A stretch of DNA of 32,000 nucleotides, taken from assembly GCA_023818895.1 (NCBI GenBank), contig JAMWCX010000002.1:270001-302000 (forward strand), read 5' to 3'. The notes beneath the pieces are model-generated. The model saw only the letters and a list, made by a program, of their open reading frames with translations. It did not search any database and was not told the DNA's origin. The position numbers and the translations under genes were made by a program. Source of the stretch: Candidatus Omnitrophota bacterium. Lineage in GTDB: Bacteria > Omnitrophota > Gorgyraeia > 2-01-FULL-45-10. Shown here one piece after another: positions 8,601-14,361 of the stretch (the stretch's first letter is position 1; each line of letters begins with the position of its first letter).

Positions 8601-10131
8601 CTTCTCTCTGCTTGCGTTCGGTTATATCACGTACTATAGCCACTATACGGTATTTCCCGCCTATCACAGCGCGTTTCAAATTGACCTCAACCCAGAACAG
8701 TCTTTGGGCTTTATCTTTGGCTACCCATTCGAAAAGCTGAGGTTCTCCGGACGCGGCCTTGTTTATGAAATTCATCGCGTCTTCCTGGCGATAAGGCGCC
8801 TCTCCGAGGCTTAAGTCCCCTACATTCATGCGCAGCATTTCCTCTTTGGGATAGAGGTACATCTCACATGTCTTCTGGTTCACATCTACTATCTGACCGG
8901 TCTCGATATCGTGGATAAATATGGCGTCATTCGCCGTATCGAATATGGCGCGATAATTCGCCTCGGATACCTGAAAGGCTTCTTCCGAACTTGCCCGTTC
9001 TGCCTCCACCTTTATCGTACGGAGGGCAAAACCTATGTTTCCAGAAAGTTCGCTCAATAGCGCGATCTCGTGGTCATCAAAGGCATTACGACGCTCTGAA
9101 TACAGGTTAAGTACCCCGAAGACATTTTCACTCCAAATAATAGGCAAGGAAATCGTCGAAGCATAGCCTCGCCTTACAGCCTCCTCGCGCCACGGCCCAA
9201 AGCAGGGATCGCTTGAGATGTCTCCTACCACTGACGGCTTGCACGTCTTGACGGCGATGCCAGATGGCCCGCACCCAAGAGGAGAATCATCCCACATAAC
9301 ACGTATCGATCTCAGATAATTGTCATCAAAACCTGCATGTGCTGCAGGTATTATCTCGCGGTCATTCTCGCCAACCAACCCTATCCACACCATGCGGTAG
9401 TCATGGCATTCGGCTATTATCCTGCAGGTGTTCTCAAGAATGGTCTTTTCATCCTTCTCATTTATGACGAGCTGGTTTATCCTGCTAATGGCCCTGAGGA
9501 TGGCATTAAGATGGTTTATTTGCGACTCGGCCTTTTTCCTCTGGGATATCTCCTCGACAAGCTTAGCGTTACTCTCTCGCACCTCAAGTCTCTCATAGCC
9601 AATCTCCGCTATGAGCGAAGCTATCTCACCAAGGAATTTTATAGTCGCTCTGAAATCCGCTTCCTTGACAATCGGCGTATCCTTAACAGCCTTAAGGTAA
9701 GCATCGATGTCATAACCAAATTTTTCGGCTTGTTTTTTGAACCTTTCGATATCGGGCTTTTCAAAAAAGACCTGGCTTGTTATAAGCGTCGCTATGTGTT
9801 GATCCTTTATAATAATAGGCGTTCCCCCTTCTACGAGACCGTTCTCGCAAATCTCTATATTCACGTCGCCAGGATTTTTAAGCTTGTTTGTTAGAGACAG
9901 GTTGCTGCTTATACAAAATTTCTCGGATTGCGGATTGAGACGATGGAATTTAGCGCAGACATCACGCCAGCCTGTGGTTATGAGGATCTCTTGTTCAGGG
10001 TAGGAAAAAACCCCTATAGTTGAACGGGTTGACTTAGAAAAATTCTCTAATATACCGCGCAACCTCTCCAAGTCGATAAGGTCCCTTATCGAATACTTTC
10101 CATCCACAAGGTTTTCTTTTGCCTTTTCCAT
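5632..10131 (-). CDS. Cytoplasmic multi-sensor c-di-GMP turnover protein: PocR - GAF - PAS - GAF - PAS - GAF - PAS - GGDEF - HD-GYP
   Basis: 1499-aa ORF with no hydrophobic TM segment. Approximate residue ranges are: PocR-like domain 12-175, GAF 228-372, PAS 388-508, GAF-like 525-662, PAS 672-788, GAF 805-952, PAS 968-1092, GGDEF 1112-1273 and HD-GYP 1305-1490. In the GGDEF domain GGEEF is intact at residues 1192-1196 (nt 6544..6558), with an RxxD I-site (RRYD, 1183-1186) at PleD-like spacing. In the HD-GYP domain LHDLGK and HHERWDGKGYP are intact at residues 1418-1428 (nt 5848..5880). Confidence 0.85.
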   Translation of the reverse strand: MEKAKENLVDGKYSIRDLIDLERLRGILENFSKSTRSTIGVFSYPEQEILITTGWRDVCAKFHRLNPQSEKFCISSNLSLTNKLKNPGDVNIEICENGLVEGGTPIIIKDQHIATLITSQVFFEKPDIERFKKQAEKFGYDIDAYLKAVKDTPIVKEADFRATIKFLGEIASLIAEIGYERLEVRESNAKLVEEISQRKKAESQINHLNAILRAISRINQLVINEKDEKTILENTCRIIAECHDYRMVWIGLVGENDREIIPAAHAGFDDNYLRSIRVMWDDSPLGCGPSGIAVKTCKPSVVGDISSDPCFGPWREEAVRRGYASTISLPIIWSENVFGVLNLYSERRNAFDDHEIALLSELSGNIGFALRTIKVEAERASSEEAFQVSEANYRAIFDTANDAIFIHDIETGQIVDVNQKTCEMYLYPKEEMLRMNVGDLSLGEAPYRQEDAMNFINKAASGEPQLFEWVAKDKAQRLFWVEVNLKRAVIGGKYRIVAIVRDITERKQREERWAKINETFLSFSADPYENINRLTALCGELLGADCALYNRLEEGRYQIRACGQWNTPPDFVPVDNPEGHICYDVVKKGGDEVVVIRNLQETNYAKTDPNVAKYNLQTYMGRAVKFGNEFIGTICVVYQYDINPTDEDKDIVSFIALAIGVEEERRNAEEVSQIAQFAIERSADAIFWVSPDAKILQVNDMACKSLGYSREELMSMSVPDIDPNYTYEKWPAHWNEIKEKGSFSFETTHRRKDGTTFPVEITVNYLEFQGSEYNFAHARDITSRKKQEESLLRRDYQLEILSRTSQHINAVLDTPIILRTLVAAAIELVDAMGGTAGIVFGDKMVFKEYNKDGKVEHIDYVFRAGEGICGCITKTHKTYICNDAEKDPNITPEIRKEFDLYNLVNVPILNREGKLLGCLELHNKKDRQPFDAQDVFMLQGLAASAAVALENASIMAQRDKAEKALAWQKEYYETLLDEANVWIDVMDQDGKILLWNKKAEEISGYKREELIGNVRKWNLLYPDSRQRARILNFMKRLVAAGKTIKDLETEIATASGEKKIVAWSSTIIRDSYGKIVGGMFVGTDVTARRVAEREREALNKELVKINKRLNQLALKDSQTGLYNYHYLTEIIEPEFYRAKRYVHPLSVIMIDIDYFKSVNDLYGHEFGDLVLKQFASQLRRMVRRYDVVVRFGGEEFVIISSGTDRQKAMLLGQRLLEALTLYNFGDKKHIVKLKLSVAVASYPDDAVTKGMDLISLADKILDAVKAAGGAKTYSSLDVKKRKVSQSEAGDITDVRFLKEQIAMLTKRGKQSLMEAIFAFAKTIEMRDHYTGEHADSTVKYSTQIARALSMSQEEIDNVRKAAILHDLGKIGISDKILLKRAKLTKKEFEEIKKHPQIAADIIRPIQFMQEIIPLILYHHERWDGKGYPTGLKGEGIPLGARIISIADVYQALTSDRPYRKAFSKKEAMKILKEGAGTQFDPAIVKIFLDILKREKNNHR

Positions 10132-10415
10132 AGGAACCTAACTTTTATCTTTCACGATACAAATTCCCTCAAACTATCCTAACATATCGTTATATCATAT
10201 TGATATTACACTTATTTCGAATAAAAAAGCAACTTTCGCTCTTACTCAGTTGCCATTAAAAAAATAATACCGAATCACCTTGCCAATTAATTAGCCCTTA
10301 ATAATTATACTATATAATCCATATAAGTCAAATACCTGCATTTTAAGCGGATATAAAAACCGGTAAAAATACGGCTTGCGACAAATAATTAATTTGATAA
10401 ATAATTAAATATTAT

Positions 10416-10445
10416 TTGACATTTTAGCATTTTCTATGGTATCTT
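10416..10445 (+). promoter_or_regulatory. Promoter of the ECF sigma gene: TTGACA-N18-TATCTT; the predicted mRNA is leaderless
   Basis: TTGACA is at 10416..10421 and TATCTT at 10440..10445. The A of ATG 10452 is the 7th nt after the -10 element. An in-frame TAG at 10425..10427 rules out an upstream start, and no purine-rich SD is present. Confidence 0.5.
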
Positions 10446-10451
10446 GCATTT

Positions 10452-11060
10452 ATGAAAAATAACATATTCGAGGACGACCTCCAGTTACTGCGACTTTGTG
10501 TAGAACGGAAGGAAGAAGGGTGGGCGGCGCTTATAGCCAAATACTCCGGACTTATAGAAATTGCCATTCGAAAACGCGTGAAAAAATACGGCTTTGACCT
10601 AGCTCCTGAAGACATCCTAGATATCCGGCAAAACGTTCTCGAATCCATATGGAAAAATGATATGCTTAAGACAGTACGTAACGCGAAAAGCCTGCCCTAT
10701 TGGCTTGCGATAGTTTCTGGAAATGCGGCAATGCAATACCTTCGCCAGAGGCGCTTATCGCATGACGCTTGCCCTCTATCTATATCAAGCAAGGCAGACG
10801 ATACCGCCTTGTTAGAATTCATCGCGTCTAATGCCCATGGTCCTGCTGATACTATAGACAACAAAATAATATCGGAAGCTATAGACACCGCCATAGAATC
10901 GCTGCCTGTAAAGGAAAGATTGATTATAAAACTTCATCTTATACACGGCAAAAAGCAGGAAGAGATATCTGGCATACTTCGTCTTCCGCTTGGAACCGTT
11001 TGCAGCTACACCCAGAGGGCGAAGGAAAAATTGAAAAAATATTTAAAAAATTTGCAATAA
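10452..11060 (+). CDS. ECF-family (group 4) sigma-70 factor
   Basis: 202-aa ORF. Region 2 reads DLQLLRLCVERKEEGWAALIAKYSGLIEIAIRK...DILDIRQNVLESIW. Region 4 HTH reads LPVKERLIIKLHLIHGKKQEEISGILRLPLGTVCSYTQRAKEKLK. An anti-sigma gene follows. Confidence 0.85.
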   Translation: MKNNIFEDDLQLLRLCVERKEEGWAALIAKYSGLIEIAIRKRVKKYGFDLAPEDILDIRQNVLESIWKNDMLKTVRNAKSLPYWLAIVSGNAAMQYLRQRRLSHDACPLSISSKADDTALLEFIASNAHGPADTIDNKIISEAIDTAIESLPVKERLIIKLHLIHGKKQEEISGILRLPLGTVCSYTQRAKEKLKKYLKNLQ

Positions 11061-11081
11061 TCTTATCGTTTTCTGCATCTT
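11052..11081 (+). promoter_or_regulatory. Second copy of the bipartite module, TTGCAA-N18-CATCTT, followed by TATAAT at 11083..11088; spans the sigma stop codon upstream of the anti-sigma gene
   Basis: Same architecture and spacing as 10416..10445. 34 of 45 positions are identical to 11993..12037 in an ungapped hand alignment. Function as a promoter or operator is inferred only. Confidence 0.35.
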
Positions 11082-11096
11082 ATATAATGGAGGGCT

Positions 11097-11546
11097 ATGA
11101 CAGTGTTGGGCACAAAAACAAGAACTCATCCCACAGACACCGAGCTGGCATCTTTTCTGAGTAATTCCTTATCCGCCAAGAAGTTAAGAGTTGTGGAAAT
11201 TCATATCGCATCCTGTGCTGATTGCCTGGCTAAAGTGGTGTCGGCCCATGATGCTGTCAATGCTTTGAGGGTTGACGGTTTTCCGAAAAATGAAAGGAAG
11301 AAGACGATGAAGAAGATAAATCCGTATCTTATTCTTGCCGTAATATTTTTTATCCTGTCTTTTGTGATTCCGAGATACTTCCTACAACTACTGGCAGCTA
11401 CTATAATTTTGGGCATAAAGTGGGTGGTAGATTCAAAGTCCGCCAAGATGTTAGTTATGATATACGAGGCATGGAAATCAGGAGGCGAACGGGAGGCCTC
11501 CCGCATCCTCGAAACACTAGATACAAGGTCAAAGCACAGGTTCTAG
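11097..11546 (+). CDS. Zinc-binding (ZAS, H-x3-C-x2-C) anti-sigma factor with two adjacent TM helices
   Basis: 149-aa ORF. HIASCADC matches the zf-HC2 anti-sigma motif. There are two hydrophobic stretches, PYLILAVIFFILSFVIP and FLQLLAATIILGIKWVV. GGAGGG lies 4 nt upstream of the ATG, and the gene is directly downstream of the ECF sigma gene. Confidence 0.75.
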   Translation: MTVLGTKTRTHPTDTELASFLSNSLSAKKLRVVEIHIASCADCLAKVVSAHDAVNALRVDGFPKNERKKTMKKINPYLILAVIFFILSFVIPRYFLQLLAATIILGIKWVVDSKSAKMLVMIYEAWKSGGEREASRILETLDTRSKHRF

Positions 11547-11679
11547 GTATTCCGTTAAAAATCTGAATAGTAAGCGTAAGATATTTTTCAAAATTATTTA
11601 AAAATATCTGGCGGGGCTTAATTCGGCCTTTTTATTTACGTTCCCCAAAAAGGATTAGATAATTTATGCCCTCCCTAAA

Positions 11680-11896
11680 GAAAAAGGCCCAAGTCTTTTC
11701 GGCTTGGGTCATTTTCAGGAAAGAGTCATTTGTTTTGCGAAAGACACTCCCCGGGCCAGCTCTTTAGGTCTCTTACTCGCCCCCTTTTTAAGGTTATCAG
11801 CCGGTCCGGGAGTTTCCGCTTTCCTGATTTTCAGCAACCTAATTGGTTGTTTTCAGGGCGGTTTTCTTTCGCAAATTTCACTTTTCCTCTTCCCTG
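11680..11896 (-). ncRNA. Candidate ~215-nt structured small RNA of unknown class
   Basis: The RNA is bounded by a minus-strand TTGAAA-N16-TATACT promoter and the terminator above. P1: 11887..11896 pairs with 11716..11725 (10 bp, one G-U on the minus strand that would be A-C on the plus strand). P2: 11865..11875 pairs with 11734..11744 (11 bp, perfect). Domain A: 11854..11861 pairs with 11816..11826, enclosing the hairpin 11835..11849. Domain B: 11799..11813 pairs with 11746..11761 (14 bp, again with a G-U only on the minus strand). No credible ORF is present. Confidence 0.45.
11686..11710. terminator. Probable bidirectional intrinsic terminator (serving the sigma/anti-sigma operon on + and the candidate sRNA on -)
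   Basis: The stem is CCCAAG (11688..11693) paired with CTTGGG (11703..11708), with a 9-nt loop. On the minus strand it is followed by CCTTTTTCTTT. On the plus strand the stem extends to 8 bp with one G-U pair and is followed by ATTTTC. Confidence 0.5.
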
Positions 11897-11902
11897 TTAT
11901 TA

Positions 11903-11930
11903 AGTATATCATCCTCAAAAATAATTTCAA
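11903..11930 (-). promoter_or_regulatory. Sigma-70-type promoter of the candidate sRNA: TTGAAA-N16-TATACT
   Basis: The minus strand reads TTGAAA (11930..11925), a 16-nt spacer, then TATACT (11908..11903). The predicted TSS is near 11896, exactly at the 5' end of the closing stem P1. Confidence 0.45.
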
Positions 11931-11993
11931 TGGTTGCAGATCTTCCTTTTTTATTGCTAACAACAAAAAATTTTTAATTTTTTAGAAATTTTT

Positions 11994-12023
11994 TTGCAAT
12001 ATTTTGGACCGTTTTTGCATCTT
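11994..12023 (+). promoter_or_regulatory. Third copy of the bipartite module, TTGCAA-N18-CATCTT, followed by TATAGT at 12025..12030; likely promoter of the spoVG-yraN-comM unit
   Basis: Hexamers and 18-nt spacing are identical to 11052..11081. It is divergent from the sRNA promoter, with 63 bp between the two -35 elements. It would give a ~150-nt leader before spoVG. Confidence 0.4.
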
Positions 12024-12178
12024 ATATAGTAGAGGGACAACATAGCTTTTTATCGAAGCATGTAGCTACTTTAAGTTATGTTGGGGCCTAATTCCGGATA
12101 AACCGCAAAGCGATGCTGACAATTTCTGTCACTCCGCTTAATTAGGTTGTGGCCGCATTTGAAAAGGAGGTGAGTATA

Positions 12179-12442
12179 ATGGCAACTGAGGATCTGAAAG
12201 TTACTGTCACACGCATGCACAAGCTAAACGGCGACGGAGCGCTTAAGGCGTTCTGCGACATATCGGTACTCGATAGTCTGGTGATAAACGGCCTGAGAGT
12301 CGTTGAAGGGAAGGAAGGCCTCTTCGTCGGCATGCCGCAGGAGACAGGTAAGGACGGCAAGTGGTACAACACCGTCATCCCTCTAAGGAGGGAGGTAAAG
12401 GATGAGATAGAAAGGGTCGTTTTGGAAGCATATGGAGGTTAA
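12179..12442 (+). CDS. spoVG: SpoVG-family nucleic-acid-binding regulator
   Basis: The ORF contains ...LKVTVTRMHKLNGDGALKAFCDISVLDSLVINGLRVVEGKEGLFVGMPQ...GKWYNTVIPLRREVKDEIERVVLEAY, typical SpoVG sequence. I place the start at ATG 12179, with AAGGAGG at 12164..12170 eight nt upstream, rather than the track's GTG at 12149. Confidence 0.85.
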   Translation: MATEDLKVTVTRMHKLNGDGALKAFCDISVLDSLVINGLRVVEGKEGLFVGMPQETGKDGKWYNTVIPLRREVKDEIERVVLEAYGG

Positions 12443-12445
12443 AGA

Positions 12446-12817
12446 ATGGGCTGGGATAAGAATATGGCCGGAGCTATAGGCGAAAACATAGCCGCGGATT
12501 TTCTAAAAAAACATGGTTATGCGATCGAGCAAAAGAACTGCAGAACACCTTTTGGCGAGATCGATATCATTGCCCGCCAGAAAGCGCAGCTTGTTTTCAT
12601 CGAGGTAAGGACCAGGACATCTTCTTCTCTCGGCCCTCCCCTCCTGACAGTCACATTAGAAAAACAGAAACGCATTGTTAGAAACGCTTCATGGTATATG
12701 CACAGAAATGGCATCCATGATACAACGTGGCGAATAGATGTTGTCTCTGTCCTGTTGAACAAGGACCTGTGTCTTAAAAAGATAGAGATAATCGAGAATG
12801 CCGTACAGGATATTTAA
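12446..12817 (+). CDS. yraN: YraN / UPF0102 family endonuclease-like protein
   Basis: 123-aa ORF. GENIAADFLKKHGYAIEQKNCRTPFGEIDIIARQKAQLVFIEVRTR matches the UPF0102 core (GEIDLIA...VFVEVK-type). GGAGG lies upstream of ATG 12446. Confidence 0.75.
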   Translation: MGWDKNMAGAIGENIAADFLKKHGYAIEQKNCRTPFGEIDIIARQKAQLVFIEVRTRTSSSLGPPLLTVTLEKQKRIVRNASWYMHRNGIHDTTWRIDVVSVLLNKDLCLKKIEIIENAVQDI

Positions 12818-12826
12818 GGAGGAGTT

Positions 12827-14359
12827 GTGATCGCTAAAGTTCACTCAGGTTGTGTAATCGGTGTCGATGCCTGTGAAGTTACTGTCGAAACAGATATTGG
12901 CGGTGGCCTGCCGGGACTTAATATCGTCGGGCTACCGGATACCGCTATAAAGGAATCTCGCGACAGGATAAGGTCTGCCATAAAAAATTCTGGCTTTTCA
13001 TTTCCGGCGAAGAAGATAACAATAAACCTGGCGCCCGCCGCCATAAAAAAAGAGGGGGCTGCTTTTGATCTTCCGATAGCGCTTTCAATACTTATCTCCG
13101 AAGGCGCTGTAGAACGCTGGGATTTAAGCGAATTTTTGCTATGCGGCGAGCTTTCACTTGACGGCAGGTTGAAGCCGATTCGAGGAGCGTTACCAATAGC
13201 TATGTCTATGAAGAAGATGAATAAGAATAAACTTTTGCTTCCTAAGGAGAACGGCCGGGAAGCGGCCATCGTCAAAGATATCGAAGTCTATCCGTTATCA
13301 TCATTAAGGGATGTTGTAGATTTTATAAACGGTAAGCTCAAGATCTCAAGGCAGGTATTAGATTCCGTTAATATTTTGAGGCGTAACTGCCGGCACAAAA
13401 TAGATTTTAGTGACGTCAAGGGCCAAGAACACGTAAAACGCGGTCTTGAAGTAGCCGCCGCGGGCGGACACAACGTCCTCCTGATAGGCCCTCCCGGCTC
13501 CGGAAAAAGCATGCTGGCAAAGAGATTGCCAACCATTTTGTCAGAACTTACTGTTGATGAAAGCCTTGAGACTTCTAAAATACATAGCGTGGCTGGGCTT
13601 TTGGCGGCAAACAGGGTACTCGTTGGCACAAGACCGTTTCGTTCACCTCACCACACGATATCCGACGCGGCTTTAGTAGGCGGAGGGACCAATCCGAGTC
13701 CAGGCGAAATATCGCTTGCGCATAACGGCGTTCTCTTTCTTGACGAGTTACCGGAGTTCAAGAAAAACGTCCTCGAAGTCCTCCGCCAGCCGATAGAGGA
13801 TGGTTGCGTAACGATATCGCGAGTTGCGAACACTCTCACCTACCCAGCCAAATTCATGCTCGTGGCCGCAATGAACCCCTGCCCGTGCGGCTACTTCACG
13901 GATCCTAAGAGAGAATGTCACTGCACGCCTATGCAAATACAACGCTATCTCTCTAAGATATCAGGCCCCCTCCTTGACAGAATAGACATTCATCTTGAAG
14001 TGCCGCGACTCAAACTGGACCAATTAACTGACAAAAGGAATGGAGAATCTTCCGAAGCTATAAGAAAACGGGTCGATCAGGCACGCGAGATCCAGAACAC
14101 GCGTTATAAAAACGATGATGTATACTTTAATGCGCATCTCGACCCCAAGGATATGGAAAAGTACTGCATTTTGGATAAAGAAAGCGAGGAATTGATAAAG
14201 CTTGCCATATTGGAGCTTGGCATATCCGCAAGAGCTTACGACAAGATACTACGGGTCGCAAGAACCATCGCTGACCTTGATTCGAAAGAGATCATCGAGG
14301 CGCACCATATTTCCGAGGCGATCTCTTACAGGAGCCTTGATAGAAACCTATGGGGGTAG
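12827..14359 (+). CDS. comM: Mg-chelatase-like AAA+ ATPase YifB/ComM
   Basis: 510-aa ORF with an N-terminal Lon-protease-like domain, Walker A GPPGSGKSM, Walker B VLFLDELPEF and a cysteine cluster (NPCPCGY...ECHC). The start is a GTG preceded by AAGGAGG. Confidence 0.9.
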   Translation: MIAKVHSGCVIGVDACEVTVETDIGGGLPGLNIVGLPDTAIKESRDRIRSAIKNSGFSFPAKKITINLAPAAIKKEGAAFDLPIALSILISEGAVERWDLSEFLLCGELSLDGRLKPIRGALPIAMSMKKMNKNKLLLPKENGREAAIVKDIEVYPLSSLRDVVDFINGKLKISRQVLDSVNILRRNCRHKIDFSDVKGQEHVKRGLEVAAAGGHNVLLIGPPGSGKSMLAKRLPTILSELTVDESLETSKIHSVAGLLAANRVLVGTRPFRSPHHTISDAALVGGGTNPSPGEISLAHNGVLFLDELPEFKKNVLEVLRQPIEDGCVTISRVANTLTYPAKFMLVAAMNPCPCGYFTDPKRECHCTPMQIQRYLSKISGPLLDRIDIHLEVPRLKLDQLTDKRNGESSEAIRKRVDQAREIQNTRYKNDDVYFNAHLDPKDMEKYCILDKESEELIKLAILELGISARAYDKILRVARTIADLDSKEIIEAHHISEAISYRSLDRNLWG

Positions 14360-14361
14360 GG

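Noticed and set aside
7168-9894. Antisense ORFs inside the sensor gene (7168..7386, 7504..8007, 7559..7744, 8113..8532, 9337..9894)
   Set aside because: They lie entirely within a well-supported 1499-aa CDS on the opposite strand. They have no SDs, no recognisable domains, and the composition typical of shadow ORFs.
10132-10415. 320-bp AT-rich divergent region with direct repeats AAATAATTAA (10383..10392 and 10399..10408), considered as a small RNA, mobile-element scar or regulator array
   Set aside because: The sequence is low-complexity A/T with no stable stems, no ORF and no terminal inverted repeats. It is most simply the divergent promoter and UP-element region for the sensor gene and the ECF sigma gene.
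11579-11637. 10-bp AT-only inverted repeat (AGATATTTTT...AAAAATATCT) followed by GGGC-N8-GCC-TTTTT, considered as the anti-sigma terminator
   Set aside because: The first stem is entirely A-T and the second is only 3-4 bp, so neither is a convincing intrinsic terminator. The stronger hairpin at 11686..11710 is the better candidate. A protein-binding role for the palindrome cannot be judged from sequence.
11666-11764. 32-aa plus-strand ORF (MPSLKKKAQVFSAWVIFRKESFVLRKTLPGPAL) antisense to the 3' part of the candidate sRNA; considered as a type I toxin-antitoxin pair
   Set aside because: The peptide is basic and has only an ~8-residue hydrophobic patch, so it has no TM helix like known type I toxins. 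The AAGGA element is 12 nt from the ATG, no promoter is apparent, and the ORF runs through the terminator hairpin.
11680-11896. Identity of the candidate sRNA as SRP RNA, 6S RNA, tmRNA or RNase P RNA
   Set aside because: It has no SRP domain-IV consensus (no GGAA-capped helix with the AGCAGCC-type loop). The fold is a three-way junction rather than a single 6S-like rod with a central bubble. It is far too short for tmRNA or RNase P, and no tRNA-like end or GAAAGUCCGGGC-type core is present. It is left as unknown class.
11704-11985. 93-aa plus-strand ORF filling the large intergenic gap
   Set aside because: It has a TTG start with no SD and a low-complexity Phe/Leu/Ser-rich product with no recognisable motif. 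The same DNA is better explained by the minus-strand structured RNA, its promoter and the shared terminator.
11051-12037. Interpreting the 45-nt similarity between 11051..11095 and 11993..12037 as evidence for a decayed second sigma/anti-sigma gene pair
   Set aside because: Upstream of the third copy an in-frame stop occurs 12 codons before the TTGCAA. The translated sequence (QQKIFNFLEIFLQ) does not align convincingly with the sigma C-terminus. No ATG follows its GAGGG. The idea is kept only as an alternative hypothesis in the finding.
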